NCBI GenBank assembly: GCA_900088475.1
Contig: FLMG01004315.1
Location: forward strand, 1-64,000
Direction of reading: 5' to 3'
DNA length: 64,000 bases
DNA from: Hyphochytrium catenoides
Taxonomy: Eukaryota > Protista > Hyphochytriomycota
Positions 39,001-52,980 of this stretch are shown here, one piece after another (the first letter of the stretch is position 1; each line of letters starts with the position of its first letter). The position numbers were made by a program, and so were the translations under genes. Below the pieces are notes generated by a model. It ran no database searches. It saw only the letters and a list, made by a program, of their open reading frames with translations, and was not told the origin of the DNA.

Positions 39001-42000
39001 ATGGCAGACCACATTAAGGCAAGTAATTGAAGACCCGATCAAATCAAGAAGCACAAGGAACCCGTCATGAACGGCGTGGATGGTTCTTACCGAGGTGAGA
39101 GATGTTACATTCGTTGTGAAATGTTGTACACACATCTGAAGCAGGGAGTTACCCAGAGACGGATATGAAGAGGGAGGCAGCCAAGAGAAAGCTTCCAGCA
39201 GAAGTGCTCGAAGGCGCAGAAGAGAAGAACGGCCCTTTGGCTTATCAGGAGCTGCCAGGACACCAGCCTGTACACTGATTTGTGAAAGAATCGGTCAGAA
39301 GAACTGCCATGTCAATTCTCCCTTGCAATGCTAAATCTGTCTTGTCATTCCATTTCTCTTCACTTCCGTTACTACAAACTTCCAGAGTTTTCGCTTGAGC
39401 GATGACTTTACCTATTGAAAAGGGTTGTCAGGAGGTCTACTACCTGGACCCTAGTGCCAGGAACCTCGTCCAGGAGCTGAGAGCAGGAGCGGATTAATTG
39501 GAGAAGTGCCACCATTGCGTTCTCTGCACGGATCTACAAAAGAAGAGAATTAACAAGGTTAACAGTTGTCATGGAAAGCTTGAAACGCCCTTCGCTCAAG
39601 ACCTCAGTCCTCGACTATGAAGCTCACCAGACCATGCGTCACGTTCATTGCACTTATATCTTCTGTGCTTCCAAAGACTCTTTTCCAAAGATAGAAGAGT
39701 CTCTTCAGCCATGGCCTGCAAAAGCGTGGACCCAGGCTTACAAGTCCCGTCAAAACGATCCAGCCAGCGCGACTGCAGGTTAGACAGACCCCTGCTAGGA
39801 AGCAGAAAGGAGTTCATATCAGGGCAAACCAGAGAGAAGTAAGATCGAAAAGAGAGAGAGATTAAGCAACCCTTAGCAAACATGAGAAGTTCTAGGGGCA
39901 CGTTACAAAGTGGTCGAAGCGATAGGTGACTTAGAATAGTAAGTAAGAGCACAAATAGCATTAGACTTGCCTCCAGAGGTTTTTAAAGTGTCGTCAAACT
40001 GACGTTGCATGAGTTTCTCGGCCTCTGCGAGCAAGTTCTGTGCGATGACCGACGGGAAACCCTGGCGGTTATCTCTGCTTGCCACCAGGACCAGTGCTGG
40101 GTAACACCGGTCAAGTGTAAGTCAGTCCAATGGCACCTGTGTATCCTTTGTCCTTTCACTTCGGGGCTCCTTCCGGGGCTCCGTAGCACTAAGGATAGCA
40201 TGTCCTTACCTACGGCAGTGCAGCTTCCGTGTAGAGGAAACATTTTGCCTCGAAGGCTGTCTTCAGTTCCTTCTTTTTCACTGCCATGCTGGAGAGCTGC
40301 GGCGGCCACAAGAGCCTCATGCGCTGTCTGGATACGCGAGAGGAGGGCCTCCAATGTCCTTTACAGGCACAGGCAATAAAATGCAGACGCGAACGAGGAG
40401 ATTGTAAGTAAGACCACTTCAGCTCTACTACCCTTTCCGCTTCCCTCAAGTACCCCTGATTGAAGCAGCAAGCTAGTAATCCTCTAGCGTCCTAGCTCCA
40501 TAGTCCAAAACCCTATTCTCTCACACACTCACTCTCCAAGTAGGTGCGGCAAGGCACTAGATAAAGAGCACAAGGCGGTTGCTGCTTGATATCTGACAGC
40601 ATGTTGCTGATGGCTGAGCAACAGAAGAATCTCCTTCCTTGCTTCTTCTTCAAGGACCGCACTGGCCTCACCAAGGGTGGAGAAAAGGTGCGTCATCTCC
40701 AAGAGTATGACCACCAGCTGAAGACAGAAATGAAAGGATCAGCAACAAAAAGAAGAGAGCCCGGAGACAGAAAGTATGTCACCAACCACAAGCAGTGCGA
40801 GCATGGTGCTCATTTAACACAGCACTACAAGAGAGCAAGAAAGCTAGGTAGAAGGTTGGGGCTAAATAGCCAAACTGATAGGTCATCACCTCATCCGGAC
40901 CGCACTGCTTGCTGGTCAACATGACACCCAACTCCTTCAGAATAAGTTGTTGATATCGCTCTGGACAGGTTACGCTGAAGTCTCTACATAGGAAGAGCGG
41001 GAGGACAGTCGCTTAAGAAAGGAAGGCGAGGACTAGAATGGTCCCAGGAAGATTGCACTTCAGGTAGACGGCCATCGAGTAGCTCTAGAGAGCAAAATCT
41101 AGAGAACGCACTGTGGACACAACGATATTATTTTACCTCAAGACGGACCGGGAGAGGGACAGAACATTGATGCTACGAAAGCTAAAAATTAAGTGCTGAC
41201 CTTATAATCTGACCTACGATGGCCCGGAAAGCCACCAGTTCACCTTCTTGCACAGTGGAAGATGTCTGGTCCATGATGCGTACAATAAGCCTTGAGCATT
41301 GGCTGATGCCAACTTCAGAGAGATCGCCTTACACGAGGGTGGAGAAAGGTTGACAGCATATGTTAACGATTGGAAGACGAGGCAGGCTATTGTCAAAGCC
41401 TCAAAGGCATCATCGCCTGTTGGAGAGAGGTTCTTCTCAGGTTTGCTTCGAACCATTTACCTTTGATCGCGGAGAAGAAGGATCGAAACGCGGACACCAG
41501 ACCGACCCGAACTGATCTCGCTGATACCTTCAAAAGATGCTGGACCAAAAATAAGACTGCTCCCTGCACATCGAAGCTAAGGAGAAACGCCCAGTAAAAA
41601 CATGAACTCAATTTAGCGAGAAACATGATCCTCAAATCTAGAATTCAACTCTAAAGGTTCAAAGCGCATTTTAGCTCTCCCATTGAAGTATCTCAAGCTC
41701 CGGATGAAAGGTTATAGACTGCTACACAAAGGACTTGAAAGGTGCGCAGTTAGGCGAAACACACAGCACACGATGCATGGGACCACCTTTGGGGTTTCTC
41801 TTTCTTGCGAGCAAGTGAGCCAGGGAGATGCTGCTGCATTGCTTGTGGGAGGGCCACCGAGGGAAGGGAGGCCATACTTCTACCTATTTTGAAGATATTT
41901 TTCCTCTTGCCGGCAGCTGAGGAGCTTGCCGGCGTACCGACCTCACCAACAGTATCGCTATTTACTTCTTCGTCCGGTTGGGACAGAGAGGAGGAAGAGG

Positions 42001-43369
42001 ATGGCTTAAGCTTTGCGTTGGAAGGAAGGCTCTGGGTTGCAAGAGCAAGGATAAGGCCCAAAGTTGTACCAAAAGCAGCTCGAATCTCTTGTGACTCATC
42101 CTCCAGACCTCTCAGTGAATAGGACAGTAAGGAGTCTAGGGAGAGAGAAGAGAAGTTGTTGCCATTTTTGGCGAGCTCGAGAAGGATTGAGGGACATCCA
42201 GCTCGTACTTCGGGGTATTTGTCAGTAAGCAAGCGTGGAAATTGTTTCCCTATCTCTTGGTGTATCATAGCTCCTAAAGAAGCACAACGTTAACAGAGGA
42301 GAACCACAGTGAAGCAGTGCCGCAGACAATTATACAAGCATTGCCACACAGGTAAAACGTGGAAAGATGAGTTATCCCAGCGCAAACACTCTGCAAAGAC
42401 CCAGTGGCTAAAGCACCACTTTGAAAGCTGCTTGGGATAGAGGATGTAGAAGAGGACGCCAAGGGAAAGTAGTAGCAGGTATGGCCACCAAGACCCTCAC
42501 CACTGACGCCCGCGCCACTGACACAGCAAGCGATTGACTTTACAGCTTCAACTCTCATCGTCACATCGGGACTCTTGGTCTGTTTGAGCAGAAGAGATGT
42601 CACTCCTGCTGCCTCCCTAAGTGCCGTCACAGAAGTCGAGGCGAGGATGCCACCCAGAGCTTGAGTGGCCGCAATCTTAGAGTCCAGCTGGGTGGAGCGG
42701 CTGGATAGGATCGTCTTGAAAGCGGAGGGGAATGTTAGACTAAAGAGTGAACTATGAAACTCGACAAAGTACTGCGGCTAAGCAAGCGCAAGAGGAGAGA
42801 GAAAAGAAAGATGCTCAAGGCAGTATTTTTATAGATGATATTCTTAGATAACGAAGGTATAACAGCAAAGAATGTGGACAGACAACAAAACTGCATGGCT
42901 AGTCTTGTTAAAAGACGATGAAGCCAACGTAATGGCATGTGAGTCGTGGTTTGGTTGCGGCCCGGTCAGGGGCAAAGGATACCTGAATGTTCCCGACGAC
43001 CGTGTCCAGTCTGGATGTTTCTCCGTTTTTAAAAAGGGCGACATAGCACTCAGTAAGAAGCACTCGAATTGCAGATGATAGTTCAATCTTCTTGGACGCC
43101 AACACTTCATAGAGTTTCTCCTCCACGATGCGCTGCCAGGCAATGAGGTCCGCCTAATGGTCCAGCGCCGAATTAAACCATGAGTAGCATGACGACCGCG
43201 CAAACTTTACCTTATCCGACGTGACGATGGCATTGCTAAGGAAGTAAAGGCCATGGTAGACCTTCCTCCTCGCAATCTGCCGCTTAGAAGCATCCTCGGC
43301 GAGCTTCAGAGCGGCAGATACCTCTGAGGCTGCACTGTCTATTGTCTTCATGTTGACGACCCGCGCCAT
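30094..43369 (-). CDS. HEATR5: HEAT repeat-containing protein 5 (HEATR5/Laa1/SWEETIE; AP-1 accessory)
   Basis: Many in-frame exons with family motifs: LTDKYPEVR, RAGWIVLTGLVSLGP..LFYLWKRVF, LVDAAIILFAELF, ALHAWGTILDS, RLLNAIVSALGPEV, LALFAP, RWQSKLLALRCV, DPDSD..ILRQYEAQIVSSLRNAF, C-terminal KLDLSKYKA*. Confidence 0.88.
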
Positions 43370-44538
43370 GCAAAATGACCTCACCTAGTGTACTTACTCA
43401 AGCAGCAAGTATCGGGCTCATCTTGGTCTCAAGCAAAGTGCAGTCCTCTTTTCCTACATGCCTGTTCATCCCTTGCGCCTTCAGCCTCCGTCCTCAATAG
43501 TTAAAGCGATGCTAAAGGGGCCAACAAAGGGCTGCTTCCCAGGTCTGATTCTGCCGCTCAGGTCATCGGATGAGAGTCTTCAGCACCAGACCCACAATCA
43601 ATGAAGAGACTCCACCACGGCACAAAGCTATAAAGGATCTTATACAGCCACTGTAACCACCTTCCAACACTACAACACCAGGTGCGAACAGGGTCCAGAA
43701 TGACTGCCCCATTTCTCCACTTATTTCTAGATTTCACCTACTCATATTCTCAATCGTGAGCGCTAAATGATTATCAGCCTCGGAATCAGACCCGAGATCT
43801 ATCATCAAGTGAAGAAACGACCAAGGCAATGGCAACGAAGACAAAGCTTCTCCATCAGCCACCCGGACCGAACAGTATGGAGGAAGATCAACTGCAGCTT
43901 GGACTTCAGGACCAACGATGAAAGCTCTTGAAGGCCCTAGAGTTCACGAGAGAGAGGGAGGTTTAAGGGGAGCTAGTCAAGGGTTAGGGAAGGACACTCA
44001 CTCATGGCAAGACTGACGTGGCAGCATTGATAACGCATGACGAGATGTTCATTATTGTCTGTTGGTGTTGAGGCTTCAGAGCTCCGCTTCAATGGCCGCA
44101 TGTTCCTTTCGTCACCTTAGTCAGGGTTTCAGGACGGCGGTATAACTATCTAGGTTGCGCTTGTTCGCTGAGGCATTTCTCGAAGTGGTGCTGATCCGAT
44201 CTGAGAGTGTCCAAGGCAAAGGTAAAAAGGAAAGGCTGCACGTCCATCCAACTGATAACCTCCCTGTGCCGGTTAGCTCTTGGAAGAGTAGAGCTTAAAT
44301 CTTTCTTCTGTGGCTGCTAGGCTATGTGTCAACCTCTGGAAAATAGAGCCACTGACCTCTACGTACATACTGCAGGTTGCCATCTTTTGCAACTCTAAAC
44401 TCTCTGAGTCGCTGCAGGTTACACAGTGCTCGTTACACAGAGCTCGTGTTTCATATTATTAGCTTAATTTACACTCTCTGAACGAGGTTCCATTCCAGAC
44501 GACCACGGAACTGAGCCTCGGACTGATATCTTCTGCCT

Positions 44539-47500
44539 TTACTTCTGCTTCTCTTCCTTCTTCTTCTTTGACTTATTCCCGCTTCCAGGGCGGTTGAGCT
44601 GTCTCCCAGAGTCACTCTTTCCCCCTCCAGCTTTTCCTTCTCCGTCCCCTGCTGCACCACCTCCTCCTTTCCCTCCCGAGGAGACCTTGGTCACATCCAT
44701 CGCGAGCAGCTTACTCACCTCCAAGCCCGCAGTGAAGGCTGGGTTGAACATAATCCTTTTTTGGAAGTCTCCAATGAAAGGCAGGAACATTGCGATGATG
44801 AGGATGGGCGCGAAGATAAACCAGCCCACAAAGCGGTCAATCGTGTTGCCCAACGCCTGCACCACGATGTGGTTCTGATAGCCTCTAACTATGAAGAGTT
44901 TCTGGAAAAAGAAAAGGACGAAGAAGAGTATGACCAGGACCTCCAAAAGAGCGGTGAAGTTCAGTCCAATGCCCCAGACGAGGAACAGGAGCACTAGCAT
45001 GGCGAAGAAGAACATGTAGAACTTCAGCTTTCGAAGTTGCCGCTGCTTTCTGGCCCACTTCTTCGCGATTCTGCTGCTAACATAGCCTGAAGATAGAAAG
45101 AAGGACCGCAACAGTTAGGTAGGCATCTCCGAAGAAAAGGAAAGAAAAGACTCAGTTCACCAAAAGAGTTGCCCTCTCAAAAACCTTTGCATCCTAGGAC
45201 TAGGTTGCTCCCCATTTGCCTTACCTATGAGGACAATGACGGCAATGATGACAAAGAATGCGCCCATGTAGATGTAGATGGTCGGGTCGCTAGGATCTAT
45301 CCGCTTGTTCTGTGACTGGTATCTGCAAATCATCAGCGGAGTTATTGATGCCGAGACAATGGAGGAGAACAGAAAGAAGGAAAAGCTGAGACAAGTCTAC
45401 GCGCAGGACCGTCGGAGACAGACACGAAGAGACTCTTTTAACACGAAAGGGCAGAAGAGAACCTCCATTGAGACAACTTGACGCGCTCTTACCTATAACG
45501 GAAGACCAGGTTGAGATACATCAGATAGGCGATGACCAAGAACCTAGAGCTCCGAAGAACAGTGACGAACTTCGCGGCTCCTGTGCTATATTCGAAGTAA
45601 GAGTGTTCCTGAAAATAGGAGGACATAAGTGTCAGGAAAACGTGGAAACAAAGAAAGCAGGCTTAGGAGAACAGGCGCTCAGAAGCGGTTTCGCTATTGA
45701 AAAGAATAGAGAGACCAAAGGCAGATTCCCACCTGCATCCACCATCCCAGCCAACTCTCACTGCTATCATTCTTTGTTCTGAGCCAGTTCTGCCAGTCTG
45801 AGAAGTCAACGATAACTTTATCCCAGTCAAGTCCACTAGGATTGAAGAAGAATGGGGCCCAAAGGAAGGTGCACGAAATAATCCATAGAGAGAAGGTCAT
45901 GAGGCCGTAGTTCTGCTCTGTAGGAAGGATGCACATCTGGTAGTAAACGCTGAGGGAGAGAGAGAGACAGAAAGAGAGAGAAAGCGACAAAGAGAGGTCA
46001 GGTCCTGTTCTTTTGCAGCACGATAGGGGAAGTCAGACAAACAAAGAGAGGAATGACAGCGACAAGAAACTGACGAGGCTTTAACGCTAAGAAGATTAGT
46101 TTGGCGGCTGAGACCAAGCGATAGCAGAGACAGAATCGCTCTTGCGGCTCGGTTCTTTCCCTACTCTGACCCCGGTTCCTGCCTCTCTTCCACAGCCTAC
46201 ATCTTTCTTACCTGTAGCACCGTGCGTTCCAGTCATAATACGTGGGCTCAGTGTTCCCGAAGAACTCAGCGTCAATCGTCCAGGCACAGTTGCACCAGCT
46301 AAAGACACCATATGCCCTGCAGAATAGACATGTGCCATTCTATCAGTCGTTGGGCTCATGGGGCTAATCCTCTTTCGCATTCTCCTTTCCCCTCAAAAGT
46401 CCTCTCATGCTCTTCCTCCCCTCTGTGGCTATGCTCTATTACTTATATCATCTGTACTGCGCTTGATCCCCTTACCGGTAAAGAATGAGCAGCACAATGA
46501 GCTCCAAACCGAGATAGAAGTGGGAGGAGGCATAGAAGCGATAGAGCTCCGCAAACTTCTCATGTCTGATTGTGAAGCCTCTGCCCGTCGCTCTGTACTT
46601 GGCACCGCCATGGATCAGCGTTCGATCAAAGTAATGGCTGAGAGAGGTACGAAGAGAGTGATCGTAGAGAGGAGATTGATTAGCAACAATGGGCCGGCAT
46701 CCGTTGTTCTTTTGGGCTCACTTTTCCCTAAGCTGGTCCCTCTCTCCTCTTCATGTGCATCTTCCCTAACTTAATTCGTGGAGCTCTACAAATTGGGCAT
46801 CCTTTTTATCTTTCCGCTGTCTCTTCTTCTTGTCTTACCTCTTTGTCCCCATGTGGAAGGCGAAGTAAATGGGACCGAGAGAGAAGACATTCCATAAGAG
46901 ATAGGAGAAGCCGTGGCGGAAACCTGTCTCTACTCCGACAACTGCGATGATCGGAATAACCAAGAGCATGCCCATCTGGAAAGCCCAGGAGGTATTCAAA
47001 ACTTCACCGATGCCCAGTCCTCCCTGGGTTAGGAAGAGTTCGCCTATAGAAGGAAACAGAACAGATGAAGCAAAAAAAGATGTAAGAGTGAAGTTGAATA
47101 GTGATGACAGGAGCCGGTATCATGTTGCCCAATCAAACAGAGCGGGCTGTTTGCTTGATTCCTCTGTCTGTTGTCGCCTTACTTACCCTTTCCGCTGAGA
47201 GAATTGTAGACCTTGCCGTAGATGAAGAGATACACGGAAAGCATTGTCAGGGCCTGGGTAATGTACCAGCCCAGGTTTCCATAGAAGAACGTCTGCAGTC
47301 TCCAAAAGGAGAGACGGGATCCCAGACGCGCAACTTCTCGTGACGTGACAGCCTCTCCTGCTCCAGATGCAAGCTTGGCCTCGAAGAGGGTCAACTGCTG
47401 CATACCGACATCCCTTCCTTTCCCGACCTACGTGGTTGAACGTTAACATCACCATGACGCTAGCCATACGCAGAATAAAGCAGATGGTCATAGATGGAGA

Positions 47501-50500
47501 GAGACAGAGCGCGAGGTACGTGAAGGAAAAGGAGGGCAGCAAGAGAGGGGGAAAGTCACATAGATAAACTAAAGAGAGAGAGAGACGCGAGGATGAGGGA
47601 GAGATGCGGCAGACAAAATATGAATTCCACTAGACCTCTCTCTCTCTCTGTCTCTGTATCTTTCTCTCTCTGTCTCTCTCTCTCTCACCTGTATAAACTC
47701 CTCATGGCTCACAAGTCCACCTCTCAATGTCACATTAAAGCCTGCAAAAATATCCTCCGACAGGTTGATACCCTTGCTGGCCTTGCTCATCCCTCCCTTG
47801 GTGATGGCGAAGAGCTTGTCAAACACGTCGGGATGACCGTAGTGCATACGGACACCGAACATAGCTAGCATTCTTTGACCAAGTGAGACAAACGACAGCT
47901 CCTGCAGGTAAGAGGACGGGAGAGAGAAGGATCAGAAGGATCACATCTTTACCCTGATAAACGTCTCCCATTCTCCATCTCTCCTTCAATCCTTTTCCTT
48001 CGCCTTTGAAAAGAGCAAAGCCCTCCTCTCGTAGAGACTCTCGCTTATGTTCTTCGAGGGTACTTGATTGTGTTCCTCTCTCTTCTATTCTCTCTCTCTC
48101 CTCTTCCCAGGCCCTCTCTCCGTTTACCTGTATGCCCATAAAGCTCGCAAGGTTGCTGACACCTCCAGTAAAGATGTGCTCCCTCATTCCAATGAGGTAT
48201 ATGGGTGCCTTGGATTTAGACAGCTCCGCCGTGCGGAGAAGGTTTGGCATCTAAGAGTAAGGGAAGTCAAGGACTATCTTAGTCTCAAAGAAAGAAAAGA
48301 CGGAAAGTCCCAAAGGAAGGCACGCTGACACGTCGAAAAAGGTGTTCCGTTGAGGAAGGGAGTCATCAATCAAAGCTGAAGAAGAGAGACAAGGAGAGAC
48401 ACACTCTTGTGAACGGGGAGAGAAAACAGGACAGAGCCTGCATCGTCGAAGGAAGAAAGTAAAGGTGGACGATGGGAGAGCAAAGGCGTCAAACGAAGAT
48501 ACTGTCCGCATCATCTCTCTTGGCCCCGGTCTTCTCTTAGGTACCTTCAGGCACTCTTCCAAGTATCCGTCCTGGTTCATATCAATGACCTGAATCATCT
48601 CTCCCCGAGAGAAGATTATCGCGTGGTTATGGTTCTCAGGCTTTCCCTCTCCGACGATCGGGTTACCCGGGAGTTCCACACGGTAGACTGAAGCCGGAAG
48701 CGTGATGAAGGAGGAGAGTTAGAATGGGTAGCAAATCATAGACATTGGAGGACATTGGAAGCTGAGGGAGAGACAAAGAGACTAAATGGAAGATAGAAGC
48801 TATGAAACATAGCGTACCTTCAACAATCCTATTCTCCATGCTGCGGATCAGCACCGAGTAGAACCTCGGGGGTCCGTCCTTCACCTTCTTGGGCCCGTCC
48901 ACGTAGGCGACTCGCAGGCCTTTGTGCTTGTGCAGCAAGTAATCAATGTCCGCCGCCTGCTGCTTCTGTTCGTCCTTCATTTTACCATAGATCTGACACG
49001 TGCAAACGTAGGAGAACTTTGTATAGACTAGCTCCTTTAAGCGTTGGCAGCGGTTGCATGCACAGCCTCCAAGATGCATATTCTCATTTTCTCCTACAGT
49101 TGTGGAGGATGGAGAAGGAGAGAGTCAGAGGAAGAAAGGGAACGGCGGCAAGATATGAGGCAAAACCCCGAAAGCCACGCTGAAGCAAGCAGGAGATAAA
49201 ATCAAGCAAGAACAAGGGATTCCAAAGAGCCAAGGGAAGGGATCAAGAAACAGGAGGTGAGATAAAAAGCCATCTCTCTCCTTCCGGCTTACCGATTTCC
49301 AGCCAGTGCAGGAACTTGATCGCTTCCTCATTGTACATCATTCCACGCACAGTTCGTGCCAGAGTCTGCCCACGGTAAGAAGCCCAGAGACGAACCTGGA
49401 AGATAGAGGAGAAACAGCAAAGGAAAGACACGCAGATGGCGTAAAGGGAGAGAGGACACTCAGTGAATGAGAGAGGGAGGCGGCCAAGGCAAATAGCCCA
49501 GACCAAGATGGAGTGTTGACAATGAGAAATAAGGAAGAGAAGAAGCTCTTCCACCTCTACTTGGCTCATGGTCTCTATTCTCACCTCGTCTGGCGCCTGC
49601 TGGACAGCTGAGAGAGCATCTTTAGCCTTTATTCTCTCCAAGAAGTTGGCCCACTCGAAGGGGTAGATCGTGGCTAAGTAGAAGAGAAGACCCATCTGGT
49701 CCTCGTTGACATCCATCAAGTCTAGGCAAAATCGAACAGAGAGAGGGGAGCAAGATAGCGGCAGAGGGAGAAGAGGTGAAGGAGAAAGTGAAGGCTGGTA
49801 TCGAGCCTTTGTTTTCTCGTCTGTTCTGCTTCTAGTACATCTCCTTTCTTCCTCCTTGAAGACTAGCTTTCGCTCCTTCTGTCCCCTCCTTCTCGACCTC
49901 TTCACTCTTTTCTTTCCTCTCCTGCCAACTTTCTTACCCTTGATGCTGTACATGACAATCTCGGAGTAGTACGGGGTGGCGACAGACAAGGACTTCATCT
50001 GCTTGATGGACGTCGCGGTTGGCATGTCCATAAACATCGAATTGCAGAAGAATCGTAACCTCCGCCTGCCTTCCTCGCTACGAGGCTCAGCGTCCTGCAA
50101 GCCAAGGGTTAGCGCGAAAGGATGAAAGAAGAACATAAAAGAAATGAGAGATAAAGAGGGATTTCATTGATGAAGGAAGCGGCTGCTGCTGACCATATTG
50201 TCCACAGTGAGCAGATAATATGCCCGAGTCACAACGTCCGTGGCGGCTTTATCATTCACCACTCGGTGCAGCTGCTGAGAGGCGTAGGTCTGGTTCTCTC
50301 CAGGGAAGAAGAAGGAATCGGGCTGCGGTAGCCGTACACAGAGAGGAAGAGAGACACAAGTTGGCGGAGAGAGTAAGAAACCGATCAGTGTAGTGACTGG
50401 TAATGTCGTCCGAGCATTTGCATTCTCCTATGAACCTCAACAGATGCCTCTTACTCCTTCTACTGTCTATCTTCAGTCGCCCTGAGCCTATTCTTACCTT

Positions 50501-52945
50501 GAGCGGAGTATCGCTAAGGATCTGGACCATGGCTGGCTGTTTCTTTAGAACGCCCTTCAACGCATTCAGGACGCTCTCCACGTGGTCGATGACGAAGTAT
50601 AACCCTCGCTGGAACTTTATGGAGGACATCGGAACATCTCGAGGAACGTCAAGTAGAGACTGTCGAGAGTAAGAGTGAGTCGGAGGGAAGAATCGAGAGA
50701 GCAGAGTGCGAGAGATAGACAGAACGGGATCAGTTGAGCCAGCGTCAGAGAGAAGGAGAGAAGTCAGCCCAAGGAGGAAAAATGTCGTAAGAATACAGGG
50801 CAGGAGTCACCCACCTTCATCAGCTCCGCGCATGAAGTTCTTAGCTTATGTAGATGGACAAGATTCAGCGCTTTCAATATTGTTCTGAGAGAGGCCGGGG
50901 ATGGAAAAAAGAGAGAGAGAGAGAGAGACGACGTATCAGATGGAGTCAGCACCGAATGGCATCCGCACTAAGTCCATATCAAGTGCTTACCCGCTGACCA
51001 CCTGCTCCTCTAAGAACTGGAGGACTTCCTCAATTTCTTTATGCATTGGGCCTAGTAAGGAGACGAGTGAGGGAGAGAAAGGTTAGGAACCCTAAGCCAA
51101 CTACATCGGCCTTGAGAGGAGGAAGTGGGTTAAACCTAGTAGCTGACGAGAAGGGAAGAGGGCGACGGAGAGCGGGAACTAAGAGCAAAAATAGACGAGA
51201 ACGTGGGGACAGAAGAGCGAGTCCTGACCTAGTAGAATTCTTATCACTTGGGACGTGAACTTGTAAGACCCGAGAACTGCTTCCACTCGAAGGTCATCCT
51301 TCGTTAGCCGCTCGTTGAGGATACTCTCCACACGCTGAATTGGCTTGTCTTTTGTCTACAGGCAGTGAGATATTAGTAAGGAGGCGAGTAGAGGGGAGAG
51401 AAAGAAAGAGAGAGAGTATGACAGAGAGAGAGAATATGACAAAGAGAGACAAAGCGAGCATGCATATAGAGAAAGACAGCTGTGTCACACAGAATAATGA
51501 GCTCGTTATATATTGGAACAAAGAGTACGGAAGTGCTAGACAGCGTCACTCCTTGCGAGCTGCTTCAGGCGTGGCACTATCAGCCAATCGCGCCTCAAAT
51601 ATCTCCCTTTTTTGGACTTTTCTCTTTGTGCGGTAACGTCTTACCTTCTTCTTGTCCTGGGCAATCTTCTCGGCTATGGTGGCACACTCCACGATAATGT
51701 CAATGGACTCGTCCAGCTTCCCTGCTGAGAGGAAGGCTGGGGTGTACAGCCGCCTGTGCTCTCCCTTATCGTCGTCAATCAGATAGCTAGAAGAGAGGAA
51801 CAAACCAGCGAGAGAAAGAATGGAGGAACGATCACCGCGTTGCGTTGCTAATTGTTTGCCTAACTCTTTCAACGCTATCAACACGGCCTTCCCTATACCG
51901 TCTCTCTTTGTCACCCTCGCTTCGTCCTCCCCTCTCCCTTCTTCTGCACCTTTCTCTTTCTACACTTCCTTTCTTGTTCCCCTTACCTGAGAACATTGAG
52001 CTCTCTGTTACTGATGATATCTGCCTCCCGAAGTGAGAGAAGACATCGATTCCAGGCCATTGCGAAGGAGATAGTTCTTTCGAAAGCTGAGAAGAGGATA
52101 GAGCGCAGACAAAAGGACCAGAACGAGTGAGCGCAGGAGGCAAAAAGCTCAAATAAAAGAGAGACAGGACGGATGTCATTCTATAGCACTCTGTCATTCC
52201 TCCAGTACCTGCTCCACTCAGTCCACTGACGCTCGACATGGCGCTAAAACCCGAAGACCGACGGTTGTTCCCTTGAAGTCCATTCTGAGGCGTGGCCATG
52301 GCAGAATAGGGAGCAGACTCCGCTGAAAAGAGGGACCGCAAGGTGAGGACAGACGGCGCCAGACGAGGCAAAGATATAGAGAGTCCAGAAGGAGAGACCA
52401 TCGAATAAAGGATAGTAAGGAGGAAGGGTCAGTTTCTCTGCTTCCTTACATCTGTTCCCATTCTCCGCCTCCTCCGGCAGTCTCTCCAGCAAGGCTGCGT
52501 ACTTGGCTGTCTCCACCACGAGAGGCTGGGGGCCTGAGGTGTAAGAAATTCGTTCGAAATGGCGAAGCGGAAGGGCAGCGTTCTCCACCACCGCGCCCTT
52601 TGTTTTCTTCTTCTTCTTCTTCTTCTTTTTCTCTTCTTCGGCAGCTTCAGCATCGTGGATGTTTGGCACCATTTTCTTGTTGAACTCTGCCGCCACGGAC
52701 TTGAACGTCTGTCGAAGGATGCGGAAGGAACGAACTTCTCCAACCTGGAGAAAGTACGCATGAGAAAGGGATTGGCAAAGGAGATATACAGCTCTTTAGG
52801 CAAGGACTCTTAGGTAAGGACGGCGAACAGACGGAGAGAGAGAGACTGAATACACAGACAGATTGCCGGATAGCGAAGGGAGAGAGTTTTATGCAATGAC
52901 AACTCATCACGAAGAAATGGAAAGAACAAAGAGAGAGAGACAGAT

Positions 52946-52980
<35 letters not shown>

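Noticed and set aside
39596-39680. Apparent frameshift in HEATR5 (alternative frame DAWSGELHSR)
   Set aside because: The main frame splices cleanly at CTG|GTGAGC to TAG|ATC with no shift.
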